Source: Mobula hypostoma (taxonomy: Eukaryota). From it: DNA of 64,000 nucleotides. The notes beneath the pieces were generated by a model. The model was not told the origin of the DNA. It did no database searches and worked only from the letters and a program-made list of their open reading frames with translations. Within the stretch, counting starts at the first letter, position 1; each line of letters starts with the position of its first letter. The stretch lies in contig NC_086105.1 of the NCBI RefSeq assembly GCF_963921235.1, forward strand, positions 95,852,001-95,916,000. The letters are read 5' to 3'. Shown here piece after piece: positions 25,282-37,254 of this stretch. Position numbers and translations under genes: made by a program.

Positions 25282-25424
25282 GCTGGTCCTGGACTTATTT
25301 CCTGGCATAATTTACATATTACTATTTAACTATTCATGGTTTTATTACTATTTAATTATTTATGGTGCAACTGTAACAAAAACCAATTTCCCCCGGGATC
25401 AATAAAGTATGACTATGACTATGA
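23455..25424 (+). mobile_element. Young 5'-truncated Rex1/Babar LINE nested in L1-A ORF1
   Basis: 6-bp TSD CATTAC at 23449-23454 and 25425-25430; tail GGGATCAATAAAG(TATGAC)n. Confidence 0.92.
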
Positions 25425-26171
25425 CATTACCTCCCTAGGATAATCATCATAAAAACAGAGCTCGGATTCCATAAATCTAAAAGCTCTGTTTTCTTGCCTG
25501 TCACATTATTTGATCTTTAATTTTAAAATGATGAAAACAGACCAAAACAGACCTTGGTCTATTTGCATCTTTAAATTTCGATGCAAAAGCTCTGTGTGCT
25601 CTTTCTATAGTAGGCAGCTTTGATAATATAGTAGGAAATAAAGTATGAAAAAGCTTACCAAAGTAAGCAGTTAAATCTCCATCTTCAACTCCTTCTTGGA
25701 GTCCAACAATTCGTACATTTCTCTGGCGAGATCTAGTTTCCAGGCCTACAACGAGTTGTAGCTTCGACAATTTTTGCTTAGTTATCTTCAATTCCTCTTC
25801 GTGTGTAACAACTTGAGTTTCGAAGTCTTTAAGTTTTCCCAGAAATGACTTCATTTCATTACTATTCTTTTCCAGTTGATCTTTAATTGATCCATTCTGA
25901 TCTTTAATTGAATTCAGTGTCCAGACCATATCTTCAGCCCATGGTGGCATTTCATCAGATCTCTCCTTTGACATCTTTCCTTTCCCGTCCCGTTACCTTT
26001 ATCACTAGGTTCAGACAAGTCCTTCCCACTCCTCGTAGACATAGACATATTGTTCCTCCTCAAGAATCAGCAATTAAGAATTTTAAATTTGAAGTTTAAA
26101 CCAGGGGGAGAGAAATGAAACTACGAGCAGCACAAAATTGCAGTTACTCCATTAACAGACAGGCGCAGTCT

Positions 26172-28345
26172 CCTCAGAATACCTTCCAATAACTTGCCAT
26201 TACTGATGTCAGGCTCACCGACCTATAATGTTTAGAGGCTTTCTTAAAGAGCGGAACAGTATTTGCCATTCTCAAATCCTCCTGTACCTTACCTGTCACT
26301 AGGGTTTCTGCACTTGCCTCGCTCTGGGTCTAAGGGAACATCTTGTCGGGCTCTGGGGATTTATCCACCCCAAACTGCCTCAGGAGAGTAAACACCTCAT
26401 CCTCTGTAATCTATATGGGGACCAGGAAGTTGAAGCCACTTTGCCTCACTTCTATAGACTGTGTTTGTTTCCTCAGTAAATACAGATGCAAAAAACACTT
26501 AAAGTCTCCCCCATCTCTTTTGGCTCCACACATGGATTACCATTCCGATCTTCCAGAGGACCAATTCTGTCCCTTTCAATCCTTTTGCTCTTAACATATC
26601 CGTAGAATCCCTTGGGATTCTCCTTCACCTTGTCTGCTCGAGCAACCTCATGCCTTCTTTTAGCCCTTCTGCTTCCTTTCTCAAGTGTCACAACCATGGA
26701 TTCACCATGGATTCAGCAGTGCAGTAGATACGGCAGTTGCACTTGTGAATATGCACATGTCAGCTAATTATTATTTAATTGTGATAGTATTTAACTCCGT
26801 ACTTGTCGTCGTAGTGCTTGTCAAGAATTGGACACAGCACAGCAACACTTTACTGGTTGTTTGCATTCGGCCTTCCCTGAGAAATTGGACTGTCGAGTCA
26901 ACTAACTCTGAGGACTAGCGGTATTTGTTTAATGTTTAGTTCTTTTCAGCTGCAGTGTAGGCTTCATTTCCAATTTGAGGGTTTTAGTTAATGGCCTTGT
27001 TTGGCCTAACATCTATTGTTTTATTTTCCCTTTTGATACTGTTCGCATTAAAGTCAGTGAACTATCGACCTGCTTCAGTGTCTCTCACTCTGCACTTGGG
27101 CCATATCCGAACTGACTAACACTCGCATCTCTTATACTCCATAAGCACCTCATTTTTCTGAGCTGCCTATACCTGCAACATACCTCCTTTTTTTCTTAAC
27201 CAGGGCCTCCATTTCTCTTGAAAACTAAGGTTCCCCTAAACCAGCTATCTTTACCTTTTATTCTGATAGGCTTTGTACTCTCAAAATTTCATTTTTGAAG
27301 GCCTTCCACTTACCAAGTACACCTTTGCCGGAAAACAGCCTGTCCCAAGCCACAGTAGCCCAGATCCTTTCTGATACCATCAAACTTGGCCCTTCTCCAA
27401 TTTAGAATCTCAAACCTTGGACCAGACCTATCTTTTTCTATATTTACTTTGCAACTCCAGTTATTTTCGCAGTTATTTTGTAAATAACACTATTCTTTGC
27501 ATTTCTGGTCAGATGCTAAATGCATTTCATTGGCTTTGTATCTGTATTCAGCACAATGACAATAAAGTTGAATCTAATCTAATCTAATGGCATTGTGATT
27601 ACTCAATGTAAAACGTTCCCTACACAAACTTCTGTCTCCTGCCCTGTCTCATTCCCTAATAACAGATCAAGTAATGCACACTCTCTTGTTGGGACTTTTA
27701 TGTAATGATTAAGAAAGCTTTCCTGAACACATTGAACAAACTCAATCGCATCTAGTTCATTTACAGTATGGGAGTCTCAGTTAATTTGTGGAAAGTTAAA
27801 ACCACCTACTATAATAACCTTACATTTCTTGCAACAGTCTGTGATCGCTCTACAAATTCGTTCCACGAAATCCCACAGACTATTGGTTGGTCTGTAATAT
27901 AGCCCCATTAATGGGGTCATACCTTTTGTTATTTCTCAGTTCCACCCATAAAGCCTCACTAGACAGTTCTCCAGTCTGTCCTGACTGAGCACTGCCATGA
28001 CATTTTCCCAGACTAGTAACACCACCCCTCCTCCTTTAATCCCTCCTGCTCTGTCGAGCCTAAAACAATGGAAACCTGGAATACTGAGCTGCCAGTCCTG
28101 TCCCTCCTGCAACCAAGTCTCACTAATGGCTAAAATATCATAATTTTATGTGTTACTCCATGTCCTGAACTCACCTGCCTTTCCTTCAATACTTCTTGTA
28201 TTGAAATATACGCAGCTCAGGCCATTAGTCATACCATGCTCAACCTTTTGATACCTGATTTTATCTAATGTCTTAGCAACATGTCTCCATTCTGGCACTC
28301 TGGTTCCCACCTCCTGCAACTCTAGTTTAACACCCCTCTGCCCCA
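26172..28345 (-). mobile_element. CR1 LINE, 5' part (same element as 18380-19665), with further insertions
   Basis: ENPKGFYGYVKSKRI..IGPL and LSCVYFNTRSI motifs; resumes exactly at the TSD. Confidence 0.82.
26686..27121 (+). mobile_element. Solo LTR (probably Gypsy-type) inserted in CR1
   Basis: TGTCA...AACA termini, TATTTAA and ATTAAA signals; reverse-complement homolog of 32680-33080; no clear TSD. Confidence 0.72.
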
Positions 28346-28789
28346 GTGAATCTGTGGAATGCCTTGCCATAAACGGCTGTGGAGGTCAAGACATTGGGCA
28401 TACTTAAAGTGGAGAATAACTTCTTGATTAGCAGGGGGGTCAAATGTTACAGGGAGAAGGCAGGAGAATGGGGTTGAGAGGGAAAATAAATCAGTCATGA
28501 GTGAATGCAGCAGATTTGATGGGCCAGATGACTTAATTCTGTCCCTATGTCATATGGTATTATTAAATACCTTGTGTCTGTTTGTTTGGGATATGGAGAA
28601 GGAGAAAAGAACCTCACAAAATGCCCACCCAGACTGCTGGGCTAAGCATCAGAACTGGCACAGTCTGTGAGTCCACGCTGGATTCACTAGCTGCAGTAAA
28701 ACCCACAGAATGGAAATGGAAGCAAGTCATCCTTGACCTCAAGAGACTGCTCAAGAAGAGTAGCCTAAACATAGTAAGCTTCCCACAAG

Positions 28790-29420
28790 CACCCAACAGT
28801 TGTGGTAACAATCAATATCTGCAAATCAAAAGTCTTTTACCAACTTTCCCCAGCTACCGTGCATGCTCCGCTGACAATAATAATTCAGAGTGAGGAAATA
28901 GAAATTATGGACTACTTACCTTATCACGGAAACTACTCCTCAGTGAAGACAGAAATTTATCACAGTTTTCAGTGTACCTACACAGCTGTGGTCAGTTGAG
29001 GAGAAGTGTTTCAAGATCATGACTTCAGATGTGGTTAAAAACTCACAGTCTACCAGGTAGCAGTGATCCCTGCCTTCCTATATACTTCTCAGACCTGAAT
29101 TACCTGCAACAGGCACCTTAAAGAAATGGAAAGATACCACCAATGCTGTCTCTAAAATGTCTTCCACACCCATTGAAAGTGTAAAGAAATTTCCCAAGTA
29201 ATTCCTCCTCGACCAACATCCCTAGTGTTCTGTCCTAGTCCAGCATCATATGAGCATACACATTAGGAGCAAGAATAGAACGCTCGCTCACAGTGTTGAC
29301 GCTCTAGGTACACTCATTTGGCTGTGTAAGGCAGGTATGTCATTCACTTGCTTGACTTCAAACTCCCAAAACCACTTCTTTATTCCAAGTTCTGTCATGG
29401 GAAGAAATACGAGTTGAAAT
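28790..29420 (+). mobile_element. Old RTE-clade LINE fragment
   Basis: Degenerate TINICKSKVFYQ...IEIMDYLPYHG...GQLRRSV.QD post-RT motifs. Confidence 0.5.
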
Positions 29421-29599
29421 GAGGATTCAAGGATGTTCAAAGTAAATTTATCATCTGTCCATATGTGTCACCATATACAACCCTGAGATTTGTAATTTCC
29501 TTTAATTTCCCTTTAAGAAATATACTTTTAAACAGCCTTAATGAATTAGTGATTTCATGATCTTCTGAAGGACTCAGTGGACATGCAGGTACAGCACCT

Positions 29600-30315
29600 T
29601 TAAGGTGATTGAAGATATGTTGCCATGGCTGAAAGAAAGGGAGGCTGAGAGGACTCTGAGCCAGGCTGAAACACAGATGAAAGAGTCTCCCTCTATACAG
29701 CATCTTGTTAGCAAATGTACAGTTGCTGGAGAAGAAAATTAAGGACCTTAAGGGCAGGATTGCTGTATTGGAGGGAAATGAGGAATTGCTGTGTTCTATG
29801 TTTCACAGAGACATGGTTCACTGCAAACACATTGGATGCATCAGTAAGACCCAAAGGTTTCTTGATACACAGAATGGACCAAATGGCTGATTTGGAGAAG
29901 GCAAAAGGTGGGGGCCTGTGTTTCATGATAAACTCCTTCTGATGCTCGAACATAGTGGTTTTGTCATACTCTTGTTCCCCCAACCTGGAACATCTAACAA
30001 TTAAGTGCTGACCATTCTACTTACGAAGAGAGCTCTGGCCGCAGTTTACATACTGCCAAAAGCTGGCATAAATTAAGCACTCAAGATATTGAATGCTGCC
30101 ATTTCCAAATGAAAAACACACCACTCTGACACATTTCAAATCATAGTCGGGGACTTCAGTCAGGCTTGTTTGAAAAAAATCTCTGCCTAATCATCACCAG
30201 AATATAACTGCAGCACCAGGGGTTACAACACACTGGACCACTGCTATACCACAATAAGGAATGCCTATAGTTCTATGTCCAGAATGCACTTCAGGAAATC
30301 TGATCACTTGTCTCT
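29600..30315 (+). mobile_element. Rex1/Babar endonuclease-region fragment
   Basis: SILLANVQLLEKKI, CCVLCFTETW, GGGLCFMIN, VGDF, TLDHCYT motifs. Confidence 0.75.
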
Positions 30316-30914
30316 CCCACACTTCTCGATCTCTCTCTCACCATCTATCTCATTCACAATCTCTTCCTCACTCTTGGTTTGCTTCAAATTCTTTACCTTC
30401 CTTAATTTTTCTCTGTCATAGTATTTGGCTCTCTCTTCTTCTTGTAAAGCTTAATGGTGTTTGACAGACCAATGCAAGGGCATTACCACCACCTACTGAG
30501 CTGGAGTGAGGAACAAACAGGAAATAAACCCATTAAATAATATTAAAAAGTCAAACAATCTTCAGAAAGTCAAATATGCACTGGTATACATTATGTTTAC
30601 AGTGAAAGAAAAACAAACTTTCACGTTAAACACCTCATAGGAACTGCATCCTAATATAGAGTATGCTGCATTGTTTCTTGACAAATGTACTCCCTACAAA
30701 AGCCCAGATCATGAACATTAATTCTGAACGAGGAATTATTCAAACTAGTATGTTCAATTATGTAAACATGTGGATATAATTTGTTTCCTCCTTTGAGTTC
30801 CCACCATCCTCTGAATTTTATATAAATGCTGCCCTTTCTTTTTCTTATCCCAACTTTGTTGCCAAAGTGATTGAAGAGATTTTCACCTCCGCTTATGCAA
30901 AGTCATAACTATAT

Positions 30915-32080
30915 CTACACAAAATGCTGGAGGAACTCAGCGGGCCAGGCAGCATCTGCGGAAGCGTACTGGCGTTTGAGACCGAAACCCTTCGGCAGGG
31001 CAGGAGAGAAAAAAAGAGTAGATTTAAAGGTGGGGTGGCGGGAGTGTGAAACACAAGACGACAGCTGAAACCTGGAGGGGGAGGAATGAAGAGAAGAGCT
31101 GGGAAGTTGATTGGTGAAAGAAAAGGGGGAAGGAGCACCAGAGGGAGTCGATGGGCGAGCGGGGAGATAAGGCGAGAGAGGGACAACGGGATGGGAAATG
31201 GTGAAGGGGGGGGGGCGTATTACTGGAAGTTTGAGAAATCGATGTTCATGCCATCGGGTTGGAGGCTACCCAGACGGAATGTAAGGTGTAGTTCCTTCAG
31301 CCTGAAGCGTAGCCTCATCACAACAGTGGAGGAGGACATGGATGGACATACCGGAATGGGAAAGGAAAATACAATTAAAATGGGTGGCCACTGGGAGATC
31401 CCGCTTTTTCTGGCGGACGGAGCGTAGATGCTCGGCGAGATGCTCTCCCAATGTACGTCGGGTCTCACTGATATACAGGAGGCCACACCGGGAGCACCGG
31501 ACACGGTAAATGACCCCAACAGACTCACAGGTGAAGTGTCGCCTCTCCTGGAAGGACTGTTTGGGGCCCTGGCTGGTAGTGAGGGAGGAGGTGTAGGGGC
31601 AGGTGTAGCACTCGTTCCGCTTGCAAAGATAAGTGCCAGGAGGGAGATCTATGTGGAGGGAAGAATGGATAAGGGAGTCGCGTAGGGAGCGATCCTTGTG
31701 GAAAGCAGGAAGTGTGTGAGGGTGGGGGAAGGGAGAAAGATGTGCTTGGTGGCGGAATCCCGTTGGAGATGGAGGTTTCGGAGAATTATGCGCTGGACGC
31801 TGAGGCTGGTGGGGTGGTGGGTGAGGACAAGCGGACCCCCGTCCCTGGAAGGGTAGCAGGAGGATGGGGCGAGGGCAGACGTCCGTGAAATGGAAGAGAT
31901 GCGATTGAGGGCAGCGTTGATGGTGGAGGAAGGGAAGCCCCTTTCTCTGAAAACGGAGGACATCTCCGTTCAAGAATGAAAAGCCTCATCCCGAGAGCAG
32001 ATGCGGCAGAGATAGAGGAACTGAAAGAAGGGTTATGGCGTATTTACAAGTAACGGGTAGGAAGAGATATAGTCTAGGTA
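30915..32080 (-). mobile_element. Penelope-like element 3' part (GIY-YIG endonuclease)
   Basis: FTCESVGVIYRVRCSRCGLLYISETRRTLGEHLAEH; homologous to 55750-57000. Confidence 0.87.
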
Positions 32081-32679
32081 GTGTGAGAGTGTGAGAATCC
32101 CGATTTTAAGTGATTGCTTGCCGAGAAGGTTTGGCACCTTGTTTCCTTCAACCCCAACATGGGCAGGGACCCATAAGCAATGAATATACATTGCAGCCTC
32201 AACCGATACTGTCCAATCTCAAGAATGTCTGGCTTACGATTTGAAATACCCGTTTCAATTTCAGTAAACTCCTTTGAGCCATCTGCGTGAACCATCGCAG
32301 ATGTCAATGCTGAAACTTCTATTTTTTTTTAAAGTCACCTGAAACGGTGGAACATAAACAGAATTGGATCTTTTGAACCATCCGAGTAGATATGCCAGCA
32401 GCCATAATATTTGCTGTGCATCTATTGCTGAACTGACTGTGCTACTGATATACAGTCGCTCCTCATCTTGATCTTTTCTTAAACGTTTAAGTTACCAATA
32501 AGGGGGAAACCCCTTAGAGGAATGACAGAAAGGGGTACACTGGGATCATATTCCACATTAGACAACCCAAGATTTGTTGCCCATTCATTTTCCATCGACC
32601 CAAAACTGAAAACTTTACGACTGCGGTGTTCCCACCTGTTTCCAATATTGGATGACCGATCTTATGTCCTCTTACATTA

Positions 32680-33080
32680 TGTCACCCGGTTCGGATATGG
32701 CCCAAGGGCGGAGTGAGAAACACTGAAGCAGGTCGATAGATCATAGACTTTAATACGAACAGCGTTAAAGGTAAAGAAAACAATAAGCGTTGGGCCAAAC
32801 AGGGCCGTTAGCTAAAACTCTCAAATGGAAAACGAAGCCTACACTGTGGCTAAAAAGAACTGCTAAGAATTAAACGAATACCACGAAGTCCTCAGATTCA
32901 GTTGACTAGACAGTGCAATTTCTCATGGAAGGACGAATACAGGCAGCAAAATATTACTGTATCCAAGTCTTGGCAAATACTACGATAGAATGAATGGAGT
33001 TAAATACTATCTCAATTAAGTAATAATTAGCTGACACGTGCATATTCACGAGCGCAATGGCCGAATCCGTGGTTCTGACA
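32680..33080 (-). mobile_element. Solo LTR
   Basis: Perfect TGTCA...TGACA termini, 401 bp, 5-bp TSD CATTA/CGTTA; Nimb reading frame joins across it (YWVN|VRGH). Confidence 0.85.
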
Positions 33081-33589
33081 CGTTAACCCAATAAACCTTT
33101 GCTTACAATAACCTGTGTAGGTGTAAAGGAACTTTGCCCATTTCTACCAGTAATGCTGAAATTGGGGATGATTTAAAATACCACAACATAATCTCAATGC
33201 CTGAATTTGACCTTTAGCTTAAAGACCGCTGGTGAGGCTGACCCATAAGCAACACACCCACAATCAAAGACAGACCTGATTAAAGCAGCACACATTTGTT
33301 TAAGTGACCTCCTACTCACATCCCAATCTCACCCATCGAAGCATCTGAGGTTTGATTTACACTTGTCGAGAAATTTATTGACATGTGTCCACCCACATGC
33401 CTAGAAACTTTGCCACTGACTCCTAAGAAATTTACCATATAACCTGAGATCAACTGTGGATGTAATGTTCATTTCAGAAAAAAAAACACAAATAACTTGA
33501 TCCTTTGCAGCAGGAAATGTAACCCCCCACGGACGTCCCATTCCTCTGTTTAATTATTTGGCTCTTTCTCTTCTTCCTCGTCCCCACTC

Positions 33590-33702
33590 ACAGTTCCCCA
33601 GCCGGCCTCCAAGGGGCGCGGCCGGTGACGTAGGCTGCCCGAAGCCCCGCCCACCCCGCGCGCGTGAACCGGAAGTTGCCGCTGCGGACCGTGAGCGCGG
33701 TG
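33590..33702 (+). promoter_or_regulatory. EARS2 CpG-island promoter
   Basis: CpG-rich; GC boxes (CCCCGCCC), CRE-like TGACGT, ETS/GABPA site CCGGAAGT at 33669-33676; no TATA. Confidence 0.7.
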
Positions 33703-33874
33703 ATGGGGCTGAACGGGCTGAGTCGCCGCTGGCGGCTGCTGGGCAATTGGTCCTGTGTTGTCGGGCCCGCGGCGCGGCGGAGAACGGTGTGCAGGCCGGG
33801 CCTGTGCGGGTTGGCCTCCCGTGGGGAGGAAACCGGCAGTGGGGTGAGGGTGCGATTCGGGCCGAGTCCCACAG
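33703..33874 (+). CDS. EARS2: EARS2 exon 1 (mitochondrial transit peptide + VRVRFGPSPTG)
   Basis: ATG at 33703, Arg-rich presequence, donor ACAG|gtaccg. Confidence 0.88.
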
Positions 33875-34298
33875 GTACCGCGATGGGAGGGTAACAACTA
33901 ACAGGGCCCGCTTGGCGTGTGAATGTTTGATGGATACTCACCTTTGACCAGAAATGCTGTGCCTTGTAATGGATGTGCAGTCCTTATTTTCCATATTAAC
34001 ATGGAATCATCCTGGTCTTTGTATAAACCTTTCCCGGGAATTGTCCTTCCAGTATACATACTACATTTCCCTGATTCATCAGCCTTCCTGACTCCATAAC
34101 CCTCTCTGCACATATTTCCTAATTTCCACCTTTCCCTTTGTCTCTTGTATGCTTTTCCATCCCGCCGCCTTCATTTCCGTCAGCTGCTTCCCTTACCACC
34201 GTGCTGTTTTCCCCTCAAATCTCGTTTTTCACCCTGTGAGCTCGTTGAGCCCGATATACAAATCCTTCAGAGAGCACTGCTACTGAAATAAACTGGAT

Positions 34299-34596
34299 TA
34301 ATTGAAGGCAGCCCTTAGTCTTGTGAGACCATGGATCTGCGCCTGGAAAGTCTTCACTCTCCAGGGCACAGGCCTGGGCAAGGTTGTATGGAAGACCAGC
34401 AGTTGCCCATGCTGCAAGTCTCCCCTCTCCGTGAGAGCAATGTTGTGTAAGGGAAGGACATTAGGACCCATACAGCTTGGCACCAGTGTGATTAAGTACC
34501 TTGCTCAAGGACACAATACGTTGCCTCCACTGGGGCTCGAACTCACCTTCAGGTAGCTAGTCCAGTGCCTTAACCACTTGGCCACGTGCCCACACT
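34299..34596 (-). mobile_element. tRNA-derived CORE-like SINE, full length
   Basis: Box A TGGCCAAGTGG, box B GTTCGAGCC; 11-bp TSD ATAAACTGGAT at 34288-34298 and 34597-34607. Confidence 0.85.
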
Positions 34597-34954
34597 ATAA
34601 ACTGGATACAAGTAATCTTAAACACAAACCAGTCTGCACATGCTGATAATCCAGAGTAACACACACACACAATGCAGGAGGAACTCAGCAGGTCAGGTAG
34701 CATCAATGGAGAGGAATAAAGAGTCGATGTTTCAGGCTGAGACTCTACAGCTGGACTGGAAAGGAAGGGAGGTGAAGGTGGAAGAGGGGAGGAGTGCAAG
34801 TTGGAAGCCAGGTGAGGGAGAAGGCGGGTGGGGAAGTGAATAGCTTGAAGGTGATGGGTGGAGAAGGTAAAGGACTGAAGAAGCAAGAATCTGATAGTGG
34901 AGAGTGGACTATGGGAAAGAGGCAGGGGACCAGAGCGAGGTGAAAGGCAGTTTA

Positions 34955-36985
34955 AGGCCATAAGATATAGGAGCAGAATTGGGCCATTTGTCCCGTTGAG
35001 TCTGTTCTGGCATTTCATTGTGGCTGATCCATTGTCCCTTTCAGCCTCAGTTTCCTGCCTTCTCCCTGTAACCCTTCGTCTCCTGATTAATCAAGAATCT
35101 ATCAACCTCTGCCTTAAATATACCCAATGAGTTGGCCTCCACGGTAGTTCATGGCAACAAATTCTGCCGATTCACCACTCAGGCTAAAGAAATTCCTCCT
35201 CATCTGTGGTCTAAATGGATGTCCCCCTAATCTGAGGCTGTATCCTCTGGTCCTAGATTCTCCCACCACAGGAAACATCCTTTCCACATCTGCCCTGTTG
35301 AGGCCTTTCAACCTTCGATACGTTTCAATGAGTTCCCCCCTCATTCTTCTGAATTTCAGTGAGTACAGGCCCAAAGCCATCAAATGCTCCTCATATAATA
35401 AGCCTTTCAATCCCAGAATAATTTTCATGAACCTCCTTTGAACCCTCTCCAATGTCAGCACATCATTCCTTTGATAAGGGGCCCAAAACTCTCAGTACTC
35501 CAGTCAGGCCTCACCAGTGTTTTATAAAACCTTAGCATTGCTTCCTTGCCCTTGTATTCTACTCCTGTTGAAATGAATGCTAATATTGCATTTGCCTTCC
35601 TCACCACCAACTCAACTTGCAAGTTAACCCTTTTGACATGCATTTTCTATCTCCTGTTGCAATTTGTAGCCCACATCTTTACTACTGTTAGGTAGTGTAC
35701 AACTCCCATCAGGGTCTTTTTATCCTTGCAGTTTCTTAGCTCTATCCACAATGATTCTACACCTTCTGATCCTATGTCACCTCTTTCTAAGGATTTGATT
35801 TCATATTTTATCAACAGAGCTACCCCACTCCCTCTGCCGACTTGCCTGTCCTTTTGATACAATGTGTATCCTAGGATGTTAAGCTCCCAGCTATAGTCTT
35901 CTAGCCACGATTCAGTGATGCTCACAATGTTGTACCTGCCAATCTCTGACTGCTATGTTCATTTACCTTATTCCATGTACTGTGTGCATTCAAGTATAAC
36001 ACCTTCATTGTTGTATTCATCACTCTTTTCGATTTTGTCCCCCTTTTGCATTGCAACTCATCCCATTGACTGCACCTTTGCCCCATCATCAGCCCCTCCT
36101 TGCTAGCAGTCTCACCACACACTGCCTTTGTAAACCTACTGCCACGTGCTCAGCCCTCTCGCACTAGTTCCCATCCCCCTGCCAAATTAGTTTTAACAAC
36201 CCCCCCCCCCCCCCCGCCACCGAACAGCTCTAGCAAACCTGCCCACAAGGATATTGGCCTTGGGCCCCCCCCCCCCCGGGTTCAAGTGAACCCATCTCTT
36301 TTATACAGGTCATACCTTTCCCAGAAGAGATCCCAATGATCCAGAAATCTGAACCTCTGTCCCCTGCACCAGTTCTTCAGCCTCGCATTTATCTGCCAAA
36401 TCATCCTCTTCCTACCCTCATTCGCACGTGGCTCAGGCAGCAATCTAGAGATTACTAAACTGGGGTTCTTGCTTTTCAGCTTTCTACCTAGCTCCATAAA
36501 ATCTGTCTTCAGGACCTCCTCACCTTTCCTACCTGTGCCATTGGTGCCAATATGTGCCAAGACTTCTGGCTTCCCATTTAGAATGCTGTGGATCCAATTC
36601 AAGACATCCCTAACCCTGGCACCTGGGAGGGAATGTACCATCTCGGTATCTATCGCGTCCACACAATCTTGTCTCTACTCCCCTAACTGTGGAATCTCCT
36701 ATTGCTTCTGCAGGCCTCTTCACTTCTTTTCTGTTCCGAGCCACTGCACCAGACTCAGTTCCAGAGACCTGGTACGCCATTCCCCTCACCAGTATCCCCA
36801 AATTTGTACACCTGTACTTATTATTGAGGGGAATGGATGCAGGGATACTCTGCTCTGGCTGTGCATTTTCCCTCCTGACAGTCACCCAGTTAGTTGCATT
36901 TTGCGAGATCGGGGTGACTACTTCCCTGTAGCTCCTATCTATCACTTCCTCAGTTTCCCGTATGAGCTGAAGGTCATCCAGGATC
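34955..36985 (-). mobile_element. Internally deleted CR1 with ORF1 SGNH/esterase domain and ORF2 remnants
   Basis: IGDSTVRG, LPGARVRDV, HIGTN (ORF1); ITESWL, LVRP, LERVQRRF (ORF2). Confidence 0.85.
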
Positions 36986-37254
36986 TAGCTAAAATGTAAA
37001 GATAACCATTTTTTCTCCACTGCAGAGTTTCTTCATAATACCTGCCTGATCTCCACTGCTGCTACTGAGAGAGTTCCTGTACTACTGCCTGAATTCTCTT
37101 ACAAATAAACTTTTGACTCTGTTCTTGTTAACCATTGCCTCATCCTTGGTATCCCATTTCTTTTCAAACTATTGTTGTCCCTATCTGTGCAGATCTTTTC
37201 CAGAACTCCATGTTTGAATCTCTGCAATCTAATTTTTTTCCAGTACTTATATAG

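Larger units (their letters stand above)
19666..26171 (-). mobile_element. L1-clade element A (ORF1 + endonuclease + 3' end; RT missing), inserted in CR1
   Basis: 14-bp TSD CCTCAGAATACCTT at 19652-19665 and 26172-26185. ORF1p RSRQRNVRIVGLQEG...IERAHR; APE NVHG..IFAQETH, MGGDFS; A-rich tail. Confidence 0.88.
30433..33520 (-). mobile_element. Nimb/I-superfamily LINE with RNase H, degenerate, split by a PLE and a solo LTR
   Basis: Minus strand: FLGMW, ALIRSVFD.G.VAYGSAS, QALRLCCG..SSPISALLVEMG, IYSDGSKDP, WVPAHVGVEGN, WQQSWDKKKKGQHLYKIQ; 3' end CAGTAGGTGGTGGTAATG...AAGAAGAAG. Confidence 0.8.

Noticed and set aside
30962-31000. Additional hammerhead-like remnants (also near 11590, 11790, 34725, 50610, 59745)
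   Set aside because: Catalytic core nucleotides are mutated; counted only as decayed PLE termini
32238-32338. Apparent minus-strand exon (good acceptor, ATG, GTAAG donor) of a gene divergent from EARS2
   Set aside because: It lies within the RNase H region of the Nimb LINE (DGSK...WVPAHVG) and shows no similarity to UBFD1 or any protein I recognise
33550-33947. Several overlapping ORFs on both strands
   Set aside because: GC-rich CpG island; only the frame containing VRVRFGPSPTG is supported
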